DNA from: Lentisphaeria bacterium
Lineage (GTDB): Bacteria > Verrucomicrobiota > Lentisphaeria > JABSQK01 > JAWLHB01
DNA length: 64,000 bases
NCBI GenBank assembly: GCA_041690595.1
Contig: JAWLHB010000009.1
Coordinates: forward strand, 1 to 64,000
Direction of reading: 5' to 3'
The position numbers and the translations under genes are program-made. Below are positions 48,548 to 58,182 of this stretch, one piece after another. Each line of letters begins with the position of its first letter. Position 1 is the stretch's first letter. The notes below the pieces were generated by a model that saw nothing but the letters and a program-made list of their open reading frames with translations, was not told the DNA's origin and did no database searches.

Positions 48548-49857
48548 GCGACACGGCCAACTATGACGTGGTGGTGGCGGGCGGTGGCCTGGCGGGGTGC
48601 TTTGCCGCGATTGCCGCCGCGAGGGAAGGTGCCCGCACGGCGCTGGTCGAGCAGTATGGGTTCCTGGGAGGAACGGCAACGACGGCGCCGGTGGCGGTCT
48701 TCATGCAGTACCACGTAGCGGGCCAGGGAAAGGAGATCCACCCGCTGGTGGGCGGGCTGTTTGCCGAAATGGTGGAGCGGCTGCGCGGGGAGTCGGCGAT
48801 GCTGGAGACCCCCTTTTCCTTCGACGACATGGTGCTGCGCGGCATCCTGGACGACTTGCTCGGCGAGGCCGGGGTGGAGGTCTATTTCCATTGCACCTTG
48901 ATGCAGGCGGCAACGAAAAGGGAACGGGTTTCGGAAGCGCTCTTCTGCACCAAGGGAGGGCTGTTGAGGCTGGGGGCAAAGGTTTTTGTCGACGCGACCG
49001 GCGATGGCGATCTCATGGCCATGAGCGGAGCGCCCTTTACGATCGGACGCGAAAAAGATGGACGGGTCCAACCCCTGACGTCGACCTTCTGCCTCGCGGG
49101 CGTGGATGCGGCAACGTTGACAGATGGCGGGCGTCGCAGCCTCGCGGAGGTGAGACGGGAGGTGAATCGATGCTTGCGCGAGGCCCATGCGGCTGGGCAG
49201 GCGAGCGTGTCGGGAGTCGGTTTCTGGCCGACACCGAGAGCGGACATGCTTTTTTTCAATACCTCGCATGTGTGGGTGGAATCGCCACTGTCTGTGAGGG
49301 AGCTGTCCCAGGCAGAGATCGAGGGGCGGCGTCAGGTACGTGCGATAGTCGGCGATCTTCAGCGATTCGCGCCGGGGTTTGCGCAGGCTTATGTGGCTCG
49401 GGCGGGGGTGCATATCGGAGTGCGGGAGTCGCGCCGCCTGATGGGGAGGTACACGTTGAGCAGGGAGGATATTGTCACAGGACGTCATTTTACAGATGGG
49501 ATAGCCCGTTGCGCCTACGAGATCGACATACACGGGCTGGAACCCGGAGAGGCAACGGAGCACGTGGTGCTGGAGCGCGGTGTCTATTACGAGGTACCCT
49601 ACCGCTGCCTGACACCCGCGGCTGGACCGGAGAATCTGCTGGTGGCTTGCCGGGCGCTCAGCGCCAGTCACGAGGCGCTGGGAAGTGTGCGGATCATGCC
49701 GACGCTGGCGGCGATCGGTGAAGCGGCCGGGCTGGCCTGCGTGCGGGCTCTGCCCGGGGGTCAGGTTGCATGCGTCGATGGAGCGGCGTTGAAGGCAGAA
49801 CTGCTTCGCCGGCTGATCATGCCGCCAGTACCGGACGAAGCTCGGGTCGTCGGTTGA
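48544..49857 (+). CDS. FAD-dependent oxidoreductase
   Basis: DVVVAGGGLAG, LGGTAT, FVDATGDGDL, GVRESRR, YEVPYRCL, GEAAG. Confidence 0.9.
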   Translation: MSDTANYDVVVAGGGLAGCFAAIAAAREGARTALVEQYGFLGGTATTAPVAVFMQYHVAGQGKEIHPLVGGLFAEMVERLRGESAMLETPFSFDDMVLRGILDDLLGEAGVEVYFHCTLMQAATKRERVSEALFCTKGGLLRLGAKVFVDATGDGDLMAMSGAPFTIGREKDGRVQPLTSTFCLAGVDAATLTDGGRRSLAEVRREVNRCLREAHAAGQASVSGVGFWPTPRADMLFFNTSHVWVESPLSVRELSQAEIEGRRQVRAIVGDLQRFAPGFAQAYVARAGVHIGVRESRRLMGRYTLSREDIVTGRHFTDGIARCAYEIDIHGLEPGEATEHVVLERGVYYEVPYRCLTPAAGPENLLVACRALSASHEALGSVRIMPTLAAIGEAAGLACVRALPGGQVACVDGAALKAELLRRLIMPPVPDEARVVG

Positions 49858-49863
49858 TTGCCC

Positions 49864-50739
49864 TCAGACGCTGAAGAAGATGATGCAGCCGACCGCGATA
49901 GCGAGAGCGGCTTCGAGGAAGCCGGCATTGGTGTTGCGAACGCGGGCAATTTCGTCACTGAGTCGTGAGCGCGGGAGAAAGATACGGTCATTGATCAGGC
50001 GGACAAGCGGGAGGAGGATGACACCAAAGAGCGCGTAGTAGAGGAAGTGGTAGAAACGGTGGGACAGGGGCATGTCCATGGGTATCGCGGCGGCCATGGT
50101 ACCGCGCATCAGGACGATGGCGTAGGCGATCATGTTGCCGCCAAAAGCGATGCCACACGCGAGGTTCTGGTTGTCGACGAGTTCTTCGCGGTCATCGTAG
50201 CTGGTCGCAAGTTGGCCCACCAGAGCGTAAATGGCGAGAGCGATCTGGCCGAGAAGATAGGCGCCCAGAATGTAGAGGAGGGAGGCTCGTCCATGGATCG
50301 CTCCGGCGACAATGAGACCTGACCCGGCAAACATGCATCCCATGATGACGCCAACGCTGATATTGCGCTTCCCAACGATTTCTGGAGTGTTGCGGATGCC
50401 GCGGAGGATGATGGTGTCATTCAGCCAGCCGCTGAAGAGGACGAGCAGGAGACCGTAGATTGCGGTGGAAACAGCCGGGCGAAGATTGATCATGAACTGT
50501 GTGAAGGTAAGCTCGGCGACCACCGCATGGCCAGAGAAAGCGCCGCAGAGGACGGCGACAACGCCAAAGACGTATCCGATCAGGACAGCCCCAAGGGCGG
50601 GATTGTCTCTTTCGGTTACCTGCACAGTCACGGAATATGGCGTGATATGATCAAAGGTCTTCTTTGCCAAAGCCAGAAAAGCCAGAGCCACGGCGATGAA
50701 GCCAAGGCTATATGCTGCCCCACCAATCCAAGTCCCCAT
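49864..50739 (-). CDS. DUF350 family membrane protein (duplicated domain)
   Basis: Many TMs with repeated (D/R)NxAxG motifs (DNPALG, RNISVG, QNLACG, RNTNAG); AAGGAG RBS. Confidence 0.8.
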   Translation of the reverse strand: MGTWIGGAAYSLGFIAVALAFLALAKKTFDHITPYSVTVQVTERDNPALGAVLIGYVFGVVAVLCGAFSGHAVVAELTFTQFMINLRPAVSTAIYGLLLVLFSGWLNDTIILRGIRNTPEIVGKRNISVGVIMGCMFAGSGLIVAGAIHGRASLLYILGAYLLGQIALAIYALVGQLATSYDDREELVDNQNLACGIAFGGNMIAYAIVLMRGTMAAAIPMDMPLSHRFYHFLYYALFGVILLPLVRLINDRIFLPRSRLSDEIARVRNTNAGFLEAALAIAVGCIIFFSV

Positions 50740-51242
50740 TCTTACCTCTCCCTTGCGGAGAACAACGTACGTGTCCGGGCACTCCATTGCAAGTGTCGTC
50801 GGGCGAAAGTGAACAGGCAGCACGGACATCTGGCCGCATCTTCGTGAGGCGAATTCCTGCGATCGCCCCTCCGGCGGGTCATCGCTGTAACCCATCATGG
50901 ATGGCGGCGTCCACGCCCACACAGCCTCATCAACCCGGCAGCCCAATTCCCCCTGCCCCATTCGATCATGACGAAAGTTCTTAGACTCTCGTCTGCACGT
51001 TGACTCTGGACTTCAAATCCCCCTTCACCGCAGCCTCTACAGCATGATCATCGTCGGCGAGCGTGAAGCGCCCGACAAAAGCCCCCACCGCCAATCAGCC
51101 ACTCCGTCCGAAGATAGAACGAGCATCCGTCACTCGCGCCTCCTTCCGGAATCCTCCAGATCAATAGTGCCGTTCCCCATCCGCCGCACGTCACAAGGTC
51201 GTGACGCACCCGAGCCGTGAGCGGTGCCTCCTGTGCGGCTGC

Positions 51243-51270
51243 TTGACAAACGTGCGGCACTGCTTAGCTT
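51243..51270 (+). promoter_or_regulatory. Putative sigma70 promoter of the MoxR operon
   Basis: TTGACA-N16-TAGCTT. Confidence 0.5.
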
Positions 51271-51312
51271 TTGGTGTTGCCGACGCACCTCAACTGCCGA
51301 AGGAAACCGCCC

Positions 51313-52689
51313 ATGCCAAGCCAGCTGGATCATATCGAGATCGTCCTGACCGACCCGAATGGTCAATCGAAGTCCATGAATCTGCCGCTCGGCACCTATG
51401 TGCTCGGCCGCGAGGATGACTGCGACATCCGCTTTCCACCGGCTGCGAAGATGGTGTCACGGCACCATGCGCGACTTCTGGTGGAGCCCGATCGCGTCCA
51501 ACTGGAGGACCTCGAGTCTCACTGCGGAACGCGCGTCAACGGACAGGTCGTGCGCCGGCAGGAACTCCAGGACGATGACGTGATGGGGCTCGCCAACTAC
51601 TTTGTGCGGATACGCTTTCCGGCCAAGGAAGGCGCCGAAGGCCCCCCCGAGAGTGGCGGCACGGCCATCGTCGTGGGAGAGAACGGGGCCGATGCGCGGG
51701 AAGTCCAGAATCTCGATGCCGACCTGCTGGCCGTCTCAGCGGCGACCCATCGCCTGAATCGGGAAATCGCCAAGCGCATCGTCGGCCAGGAGTCGATCGT
51801 GCGCGCGGTGTGGGCCGCAATCCTCGCCAATGCGCATTGCCTGATGATCGGCGTCCCGGGGCTGGCGAAGACCTACATGGTGACCACCTTTGCCGACGCG
51901 TTGGGCCTCCAGTTCCAGAGGATCCAGTTCACCCCCGACCTGATGCCGTCCGACATCATCGGCAGCAATGTCATCCAAGAGTCGGAGGATGGGCGCCGCA
52001 CCTTTGAATTCGTCCAAGGCCCCATCTTCACCCAACTGCTCCTGGCGGACGAGATCAACAGAACCCCGCCCAAGACGCAGGCGGCGCTGCTCGAGGCGAT
52101 GCAGGAGCGGCAGGTGACCGTGGCGAATCGCTCCCTCAGCCTGGCATCGCCCTTCTGCGTCATCGCTTCACAGAATCCCATCGAGCAGGAAGGAACCTAT
52201 CCCCTCCCGGAAGCGCAGCAGGATCGCTTCATGCTCTGTCTCGTCTTGGATTATCCCAATCGCGACGAGGAGATCGACATCCTCAAGCGAACGACGCATG
52301 GCGGCGAAGTCGAAGTGGAGGCCGTGCTCGACTACCAGGAGATCCTGCGCTTTCAGAAGATTGTCGATGACATCTCCGTACCGGCCGAAGTGGCGACCTA
52401 TGCGGCGGATCTCGTGCGGGCAAGTCGGCCCGGGCGTCCCGAGAGCCTGCCGTGGATCAACGAGATGCTGGACTGGGGGGCGGGTCCACGGGCGGGCCAG
52501 TCGCTGCTGCGATCGGCCAAGGCGCTGGCGGCGATGGATGGCCGGCCGGCCGTTTCCCACGGGGACCTGCGAGAGTTGGCCATCCCCGTCATGCGTCACC
52601 GCATCCTGTGCAACTATCGCGCCCGCACGGAAGGCTACACCGAAGAGACCATCATCAAGCGCCTCCTGGAGGAGGTCAAGGAATCGTAA
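51313..52689 (+). CDS. FHA domain-MoxR family AAA+ ATPase fusion
   Basis: FHA LGRE..VSRHHA..EDLES..GTRVNG; GVPGLAKT, RIQFTPDLMPSD, LLADEINRTPPKTQAALLEAMQE, QNPIEQEGTYPLPEAQQDRF. Confidence 0.92.
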   Translation: MPSQLDHIEIVLTDPNGQSKSMNLPLGTYVLGREDDCDIRFPPAAKMVSRHHARLLVEPDRVQLEDLESHCGTRVNGQVVRRQELQDDDVMGLANYFVRIRFPAKEGAEGPPESGGTAIVVGENGADAREVQNLDADLLAVSAATHRLNREIAKRIVGQESIVRAVWAAILANAHCLMIGVPGLAKTYMVTTFADALGLQFQRIQFTPDLMPSDIIGSNVIQESEDGRRTFEFVQGPIFTQLLLADEINRTPPKTQAALLEAMQERQVTVANRSLSLASPFCVIASQNPIEQEGTYPLPEAQQDRFMLCLVLDYPNRDEEIDILKRTTHGGEVEVEAVLDYQEILRFQKIVDDISVPAEVATYAADLVRASRPGRPESLPWINEMLDWGAGPRAGQSLLRSAKALAAMDGRPAVSHGDLRELAIPVMRHRILCNYRARTEGYTEETIIKRLLEEVKES

Positions 52690-54905
52690 TGCAGCGCCTT
52701 TCGCCCCTCCTGCCGATCCTCCTCCTGGCATTCGGGTGCGTGACGCCAACCCGCGCTGAGGTGACCGATGCGCAGGTCACCGCGCATATCGAGATACTGC
52801 AGAGGCAATTGCTGCGAAGTCAGCAGAGCGACGGCTTGTGGTTCAATCCACAATACCCCGTTGGACTGACCGCACTGGTCGTGCAGGCGCTGCTGCGTTC
52901 AGGGCTGAAGCCCGATCATCCGGAATTGGCCAGAGCAATCGCGCATCTTGCCGACAACACCGATGAGAAAGTCTATTCCGAAGGCTTGGTGCCGCCAGCC
53001 CTTGCCATGGCCGATGGCCGGAAGTACCGGCGGCGCATCTCGGAGGCGGTCAATTTCCTCCGCATGTCGCAATTGGCGGGCGGGAACTGGACGTATGGCA
53101 TACGCCAAGGCGGGGGAGGCGACAACTCGAATACACAGTTCGCCGTGCTCGGGCTGGCGGCTGCCATGGATGCAGGGGTGGCGATCCCGGAGCAGACACG
53201 CCAGGCCGCCATCGACCACTGGAGCCGAACGCAGAATGCGGATGGCGGCTGGGGCTACACCGTCAATGGCGGTTCAACGATGAGCATGACCTGCGCGGGC
53301 ATCGCCAGCCTCAACATGCTCGGCCTGAAACTGGCGACGAAGCAGGACTGCTGCGGTGAATACACGTACCGTCGCGAACTGGTCAACGGCTTGCGGTGGC
53401 TGGGGCAGGCGCTGGTTCGCGATCCCCGGGAGGTATTCGGGGCAAGCAACCAACCGTTGTACACGCTGTACGCGCTGGAACGGGTGGGTATTGCGCTCGG
53501 AGTCAAGGAGATCAGCGGGGTAGACTGGTATCGGTGGGGAGCAGACGCCATCGTCAGCCACAACATCGGCGGCAGAAACACCGTGGATCAGGCCTTTGCA
53601 CTCCTCTTTCTGAGCCGAGGCTCAGCCCCCATAGCCTTGGCCAAATGGCGCTGGCAGGGAGACTGGAATAACCAGTATGACGACGCGCGCAACTGGACGA
53701 TCCATGCCGGGGAGGAGCTGGGCCTGGAACTCGATTTCGTGGAATCCCGCCTCAACCGCATGGATTCCCCCGCGGCCAAGGCCAGCCTTATCTACCTGAA
53801 CGGTTCAAAGCCTTTCAAAATGACGGACGACGAGTTGGACTTTCTGCGCGCCTTCCTCGACAACGACGGCACGCTTGTCGCCGAACCCACCTGCGACGGC
53901 ACCGCCTTCTACGATTCCTTCCGCAAGGAGATCCTCGTCCGGCTATGCCCCGAGTACGGCTCCAATTTCGTGCCGCTCGATATCGATCACCCGGTGCTGA
54001 CGGCGAAGTACCAGCTGATACCCGAAGAGGTCGGAGCCCTGCAGTTTCAGGCCGGCTGCAAGCAGTACCGCATCATCCTCCTGACCCGCGGCATCTCCTG
54101 CGCATTGAACGGCGACGTGAACAGCCGAGCGGACCTGCCGCGAGCACGCAAAGTGGCGACCAACCTGCTCGCCTGGGCCATGGAAGCCAAGGGTGCCGAA
54201 CGCAAGCTCGACGAGCTGACGCTGCTGCCCGAAACACGAAACGAAGTCCTTACCCTCGACCAGATCGAGCGTCGCGCCACACGATCCGGCCGCCGCTTTC
54301 ATCAGCCGACCGGCCGCCTTCGCCATCGGGGACAGTGGCTGGCCGCCCCCGGCTTCCTCGCCACGCTGCGCACCAGCCTGGAAAGCGAGCCCAACCTTCC
54401 CCGGTTCGATGGTGAGATGTATCTCAATGCCACCGATGAAGACCTTTTCCACGCGGCGGTCCTCTTCATGAGCGGCTATGACTACCCCACCTTGCCCGAA
54501 GCCGACATCGTCAGCCTGCGAGGCTACCTGCAGAATGGCGGCTTCCTGCTGGCGACGAGCGCTTGCAGCAACGACAGCTTCGATAAGGGCTTCCGGGAGA
54601 TCGTCCGAAAGCTGCTGCCCAACGACAACCTGGAGCCGATCCCCCCGGAAGATCCCCTCTGGAAGAGCGCCTATCCCCTCCTCCAGGGAGCGCCCACGAC
54701 CACGCGCGCCTACCAGACGAAGTATGATCAGCGTTGGGCACCACTGTACGGCATCCGTCGCGAAGGGCGTTGGATTCTGGTCTATTCACCAGTCGATTTC
54801 TGCAGCGACATGGTCGATCCCCTTGGCGAGGCAGTGATCGGCTACCGCCGCGAAAGCGCCTTCAAGTTGATCGCCAACATCTTGCGGCAAGCCTTCACCC
54901 CATGA
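52689..54905 (+). CDS. Secreted prenyltransferase/squalene-cyclase-repeat protein with tandem DUF4159-like domains
   Basis: Signal peptide; QLAGGNWTY, DNSNTQFAVLGL, QNADGGWGY, YALERVG, DWYRWGA; two LR.(F/Y)L.N.G.L blocks. Confidence 0.8.
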   Translation: MQRLSPLLPILLLAFGCVTPTRAEVTDAQVTAHIEILQRQLLRSQQSDGLWFNPQYPVGLTALVVQALLRSGLKPDHPELARAIAHLADNTDEKVYSEGLVPPALAMADGRKYRRRISEAVNFLRMSQLAGGNWTYGIRQGGGGDNSNTQFAVLGLAAAMDAGVAIPEQTRQAAIDHWSRTQNADGGWGYTVNGGSTMSMTCAGIASLNMLGLKLATKQDCCGEYTYRRELVNGLRWLGQALVRDPREVFGASNQPLYTLYALERVGIALGVKEISGVDWYRWGADAIVSHNIGGRNTVDQAFALLFLSRGSAPIALAKWRWQGDWNNQYDDARNWTIHAGEELGLELDFVESRLNRMDSPAAKASLIYLNGSKPFKMTDDELDFLRAFLDNDGTLVAEPTCDGTAFYDSFRKEILVRLCPEYGSNFVPLDIDHPVLTAKYQLIPEEVGALQFQAGCKQYRIILLTRGISCALNGDVNSRADLPRARKVATNLLAWAMEAKGAERKLDELTLLPETRNEVLTLDQIERRATRSGRRFHQPTGRLRHRGQWLAAPGFLATLRTSLESEPNLPRFDGEMYLNATDEDLFHAAVLFMSGYDYPTLPEADIVSLRGYLQNGGFLLATSACSNDSFDKGFREIVRKLLPNDNLEPIPPEDPLWKSAYPLLQGAPTTTRAYQTKYDQRWAPLYGIRREGRWILVYSPVDFCSDMVDPLGEAVIGYRRESAFKLIANILRQAFTP

Positions 54906-55801
54906 AAAGCGACGACCCGCATCGTTTCGATCCCGCGGTGCTCCAGACACTGGGGCGCCTTGACCTCATTGCCAAGGTGATCGTCAACGGCCTGCGCCAA
55001 GGACAGCACCGTTCGCACCGCCGTGGCTTCAGCACCGAGTTCAGCGACTTCAATCCCTACACGCCCGGCGACGATCTCCGCTTTCTCGATTGGCGCCTCT
55101 ATGCGCGAACCGATCGACTCTTCACCAAACGCTTCGAGGCAGAGACCAACCTCGAGGTGACCCTCATGCTGGATGCCACGGCCTCCATGGCGTGGAGCTG
55201 GCAACAGAGCATCGACAAGCTGCGGTACGGGATCAACCTGCTGGCCGCGCTCGCCTGCCTGCACATGCGCCAGAACGATCTCGTGGGGCTTTTGGTGCAC
55301 GACGCGCGCGACCTCCATCACCTGCCGCCCCGCTCCCGGCGCAGCCACCTCGACGCCATGTTCGCCACCCTGGACGGCGTGCAGCCGGGGCATGCGGAAG
55401 CCTTCCCCCGGATGATCGACTCGCTGGCCCAGTTTCGCCGTCATCGGGGACGTCTGATCATCTGCTCCGATCTGGAGGAAGACGAAGGGCGCATCGGTAA
55501 ATCGCTGGAGGCGGTGGCCGGCCATCAGGACGAAGTCATCATGCTGCACCTGCTTCATCAGGCCGAGATCGACTTACCCTTCGACGACGGTGCCACCCAT
55601 CTTCGCGACAGCGAGACCGGCCAGCTCCTGCGCGTGAACATGACCCAACTCCGCCGCGAGCAGGCGGAGCAGGTGGCCGAGTTCCGCGAGAACTGGCGGC
55701 AGCGTTGCCTCACCCACGGCATGATCTATCGGCCGGTTCATACGGGTCAGTCGTACGTCGAAGTGATCCATGAACTCTTCGAAGCGCTGCACGGCGAGTG
55801 A
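54902..55801 (+). CDS. DUF58 (vWA-like) protein
   Basis: GQHRSHRRGFSTEFSDF..YTPGDDLRFLDWRLYARTD; LDATASM. Confidence 0.92.
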   Translation: MKSDDPHRFDPAVLQTLGRLDLIAKVIVNGLRQGQHRSHRRGFSTEFSDFNPYTPGDDLRFLDWRLYARTDRLFTKRFEAETNLEVTLMLDATASMAWSWQQSIDKLRYGINLLAALACLHMRQNDLVGLLVHDARDLHHLPPRSRRSHLDAMFATLDGVQPGHAEAFPRMIDSLAQFRRHRGRLIICSDLEEDEGRIGKSLEAVAGHQDEVIMLHLLHQAEIDLPFDDGATHLRDSETGQLLRVNMTQLRREQAEQVAEFRENWRQRCLTHGMIYRPVHTGQSYVEVIHELFEALHGE

Positions 55802-55836
55802 TCCGCGGAGGCCCGAGAAACGGAACTCCCGAATCC

Positions 55837-56817
55837 TTACTGAGCCGCGAGCTGCGCGATGAACGCCTTCCAAGTCACCTCGAGAGCGGCAACATCACCG
55901 AAGAAGTCGGTGATCTCGGCGGCGATCAGGCGACTGCCGCGGGGGCCGAAGTCGGCTTCATGCAGATGGGCGAGGTAGCGGCGCAGTTGATCGGGCTTTT
56001 CCTGCATCAGCATCACATAGACGGCCCAAGCCTGGGCGTAGACGATGCGGGCCTGCCGTGCATCCTCCGGCGAGCGCGAAAGCGTCAGAAACTCCTGCAG
56101 GGGCAGGAGGTTGCGATCTTCGTGAGCCTGGATGAGGCGCTGGCGGCGCAAGGGATTGGCTGTAGCCAGATCGGCATCAGGGGCAGGAAGATTCTCAAGC
56201 GCCGTCGCCATCCCCTCCGTGACCCAAATGGGATAATTGACGCCACGACTCAGCAGCTTGCGATTATACGCCAGCTGATGGATGGCCTCGTGGGTGGCAA
56301 TCCGCATGGCCGTACTCATCTGGGGATCATGCTCGTGCAGATTACTCGCGAAGGCTGCCTCTTTGTCGGCGGCCTGCGCGGCACTGCGGCGGGCCGAGGC
56401 ACCCACCAGCGCTACACGATTGCTCCACTCCGAGTAATAACCGTCAAGGTGGGGCAAACGAACCAGGTCCGTGTTGTAGGAGTAAAACTCAAAATCCTCA
56501 CGCCGGTCAAAGCACACCCAGTTCAATGTACCTTCGGGCGCATCCAGAGAAAAGCCATGGCGGGAGAAGCGTTCCTCGAACTGCCGATTGGCCAGTTCAA
56601 GCCGCGGTCCAAGCCACTTTGGCGCGTCGTTCGCACCGATATGGAGAATGCGATAGTGCGTAGTCTCGTGGACACGGGCCTGAAGCCCGCGCTCAGCGGC
56701 ATACGCCTCGCTGATCTCCGTTTTTTCCCAATCCAACTCCGCCTCATGTGCGTAACCATGCAGCACAACAAGCAGGAGCAAGGCGATACCAAACCTCAAC
56801 CAGTTAAATCTTCCCAC
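55837..56817 (-). CDS. DUF1570-like secreted zinc metallopeptidase-like protein
   Basis: HEAIHQLAYN..PIWVTEGMATALE; YAQAWA. Start uncertain (ORF extends to 56865). Confidence 0.75.
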   Translation of the reverse strand: MGRFNWLRFGIALLLLVVLHGYAHEAELDWEKTEISEAYAAERGLQARVHETTHYRILHIGANDAPKWLGPRLELANRQFEERFSRHGFSLDAPEGTLNWVCFDRREDFEFYSYNTDLVRLPHLDGYYSEWSNRVALVGASARRSAAQAADKEAAFASNLHEHDPQMSTAMRIATHEAIHQLAYNRKLLSRGVNYPIWVTEGMATALENLPAPDADLATANPLRRQRLIQAHEDRNLLPLQEFLTLSRSPEDARQARIVYAQAWAVYVMLMQEKPDQLRRYLAHLHEADFGPRGSRLIAAEITDFFGDVAALEVTWKAFIAQLAAQ

Positions 56818-57180
56818 GGATCCATCCGTGGCCCGTCCCCCGGGCCGGCAAGCGAAGCATTTCAAGTGCAGTGATTGTGCCGGAGTTGTCCCTCACCGGC
56901 AGGCATAGTGTAGGACATAATCTGACATAATGCCAGGCCTGATCACCCAAAAAAATGGTTCCGAGGCTGAATTTGCGGAGGATTTGCGCCTTGCTGAGCG
57001 TTGGCTTTAGGGGCGCATCGTTTGTTTTTGCGGATCTGAGCATGGGTACATCCCCTTGCTCATCCGACAGCCGCGTTCAGAAAAACGGGCTGCCTCCCAT
57101 TCTTCCTTTGCCCCTTTTTCGCCTATAGTAGTGGATCACATCAACACGACCCGCACCGCCCGCGGAAAGGCATCTCCATC

Positions 57181-58179
57181 ATGATTGACTCGGATTTTTA
57201 TCTCTCGCGACGGGAATTTCTCGAAAGAATGACGCTGGCGGCACTGGGGACATCCTTTGCGGCGATGACTCTGCATGCCGCCGCTCCGGGAGGCGGAGGC
57301 GTCTCGCCACGCGCGGAGTTGCCGCGACGGCGGTATGGCCGAGGCGGAGAGCAACTGTCGGTTGTGGGATTCGGCGGCATCGTCGTGATGAACGCCGAGC
57401 AGGAGCATGCCAACCGCACCGTGGCACGAGCTGTGGAGCAGGGAGTCAATTATTTCGACGTGGCGCCAACCTACGGCAACTCGGAAGAGCGACTCGGCCC
57501 AGCCTTGGAACCTTACCGCAAGGCGTGCTTCCTAGCCTGCAAGAGTCACGAGCGAAGCGCGGAAAAGGTTCGCGAAGAGCTGCAAAGATCCTTGAAGTTA
57601 TTGCGGACGGACTACTTCGATCTCTACCAGCTGCATGCGCTGAACGACATCGAAAAGGATGTAGACGTGGTTTTCGGAAAAGGTGGCGCGATGGAGCCGA
57701 TTCTCGAGGCCAAGGCAGACGGCAGAATCCGCCATGTCGGCTTCTCCGCCCACTCGGCCGAGGCGGCCCTCGTCGCCATGGATCGCTATGATTTCGACTC
57801 GATCCTCTTTCCGGTCAGCTTCACCACCTGGTACAAGGGCAACTTCGGCCCCCAAGTTCTGGCGAAGGCACTGGAGAAGCAGGTCGCCGTCCTCGCGCTG
57901 AAGAGCCTGGCGCGGCAGAAGTGGTCGAAGGGACGGGACGATCCCGAGCGCAAGCGTTTCGCCAAGTGCTGGTACGAGCCCGTTACCGATGCGCGGGAGC
58001 AGGAGCTTGCCTTGCGCTGGACGCTGAGTCAGCCGGTAGTGGCCGCGGTCTCCCCGGGCGAGGAGGAGCTTTTCTGGCGCGCGGTGGAGCTGGCGCGCGA
58101 GCTGCGGCCAATCACGGAAGCGGAGAGCGAGCAACTGCGCCAACTGGCGGATTCTCTTGATCCCCTCTTCCAGGCTTAG
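57181..58179 (+). CDS. Aldo/keto reductase with Tat-like signal
   Basis: SRREFL; GFGG, NYFDVAPTYGNSEE, SLKLLRTDYFDLYQLH, GFSAH. Confidence 0.9.
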   Translation: MIDSDFYLSRREFLERMTLAALGTSFAAMTLHAAAPGGGGVSPRAELPRRRYGRGGEQLSVVGFGGIVVMNAEQEHANRTVARAVEQGVNYFDVAPTYGNSEERLGPALEPYRKACFLACKSHERSAEKVREELQRSLKLLRTDYFDLYQLHALNDIEKDVDVVFGKGGAMEPILEAKADGRIRHVGFSAHSAEAALVAMDRYDFDSILFPVSFTTWYKGNFGPQVLAKALEKQVAVLALKSLARQKWSKGRDDPERKRFAKCWYEPVTDAREQELALRWTLSQPVVAAVSPGEEELFWRAVELARELRPITEAESEQLRQLADSLDPLFQA

Positions 58180-58182
58180 GAC

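Noticed and set aside
50740..51240. Riboswitch or ncRNA in the long DUF350/MoxR divergent spacer
   Set aside because: Only short hairpins (e.g. CGTCAC-N6-GTGACG) and no aptamer consensus I can recognise; an Rfam scan would be needed.
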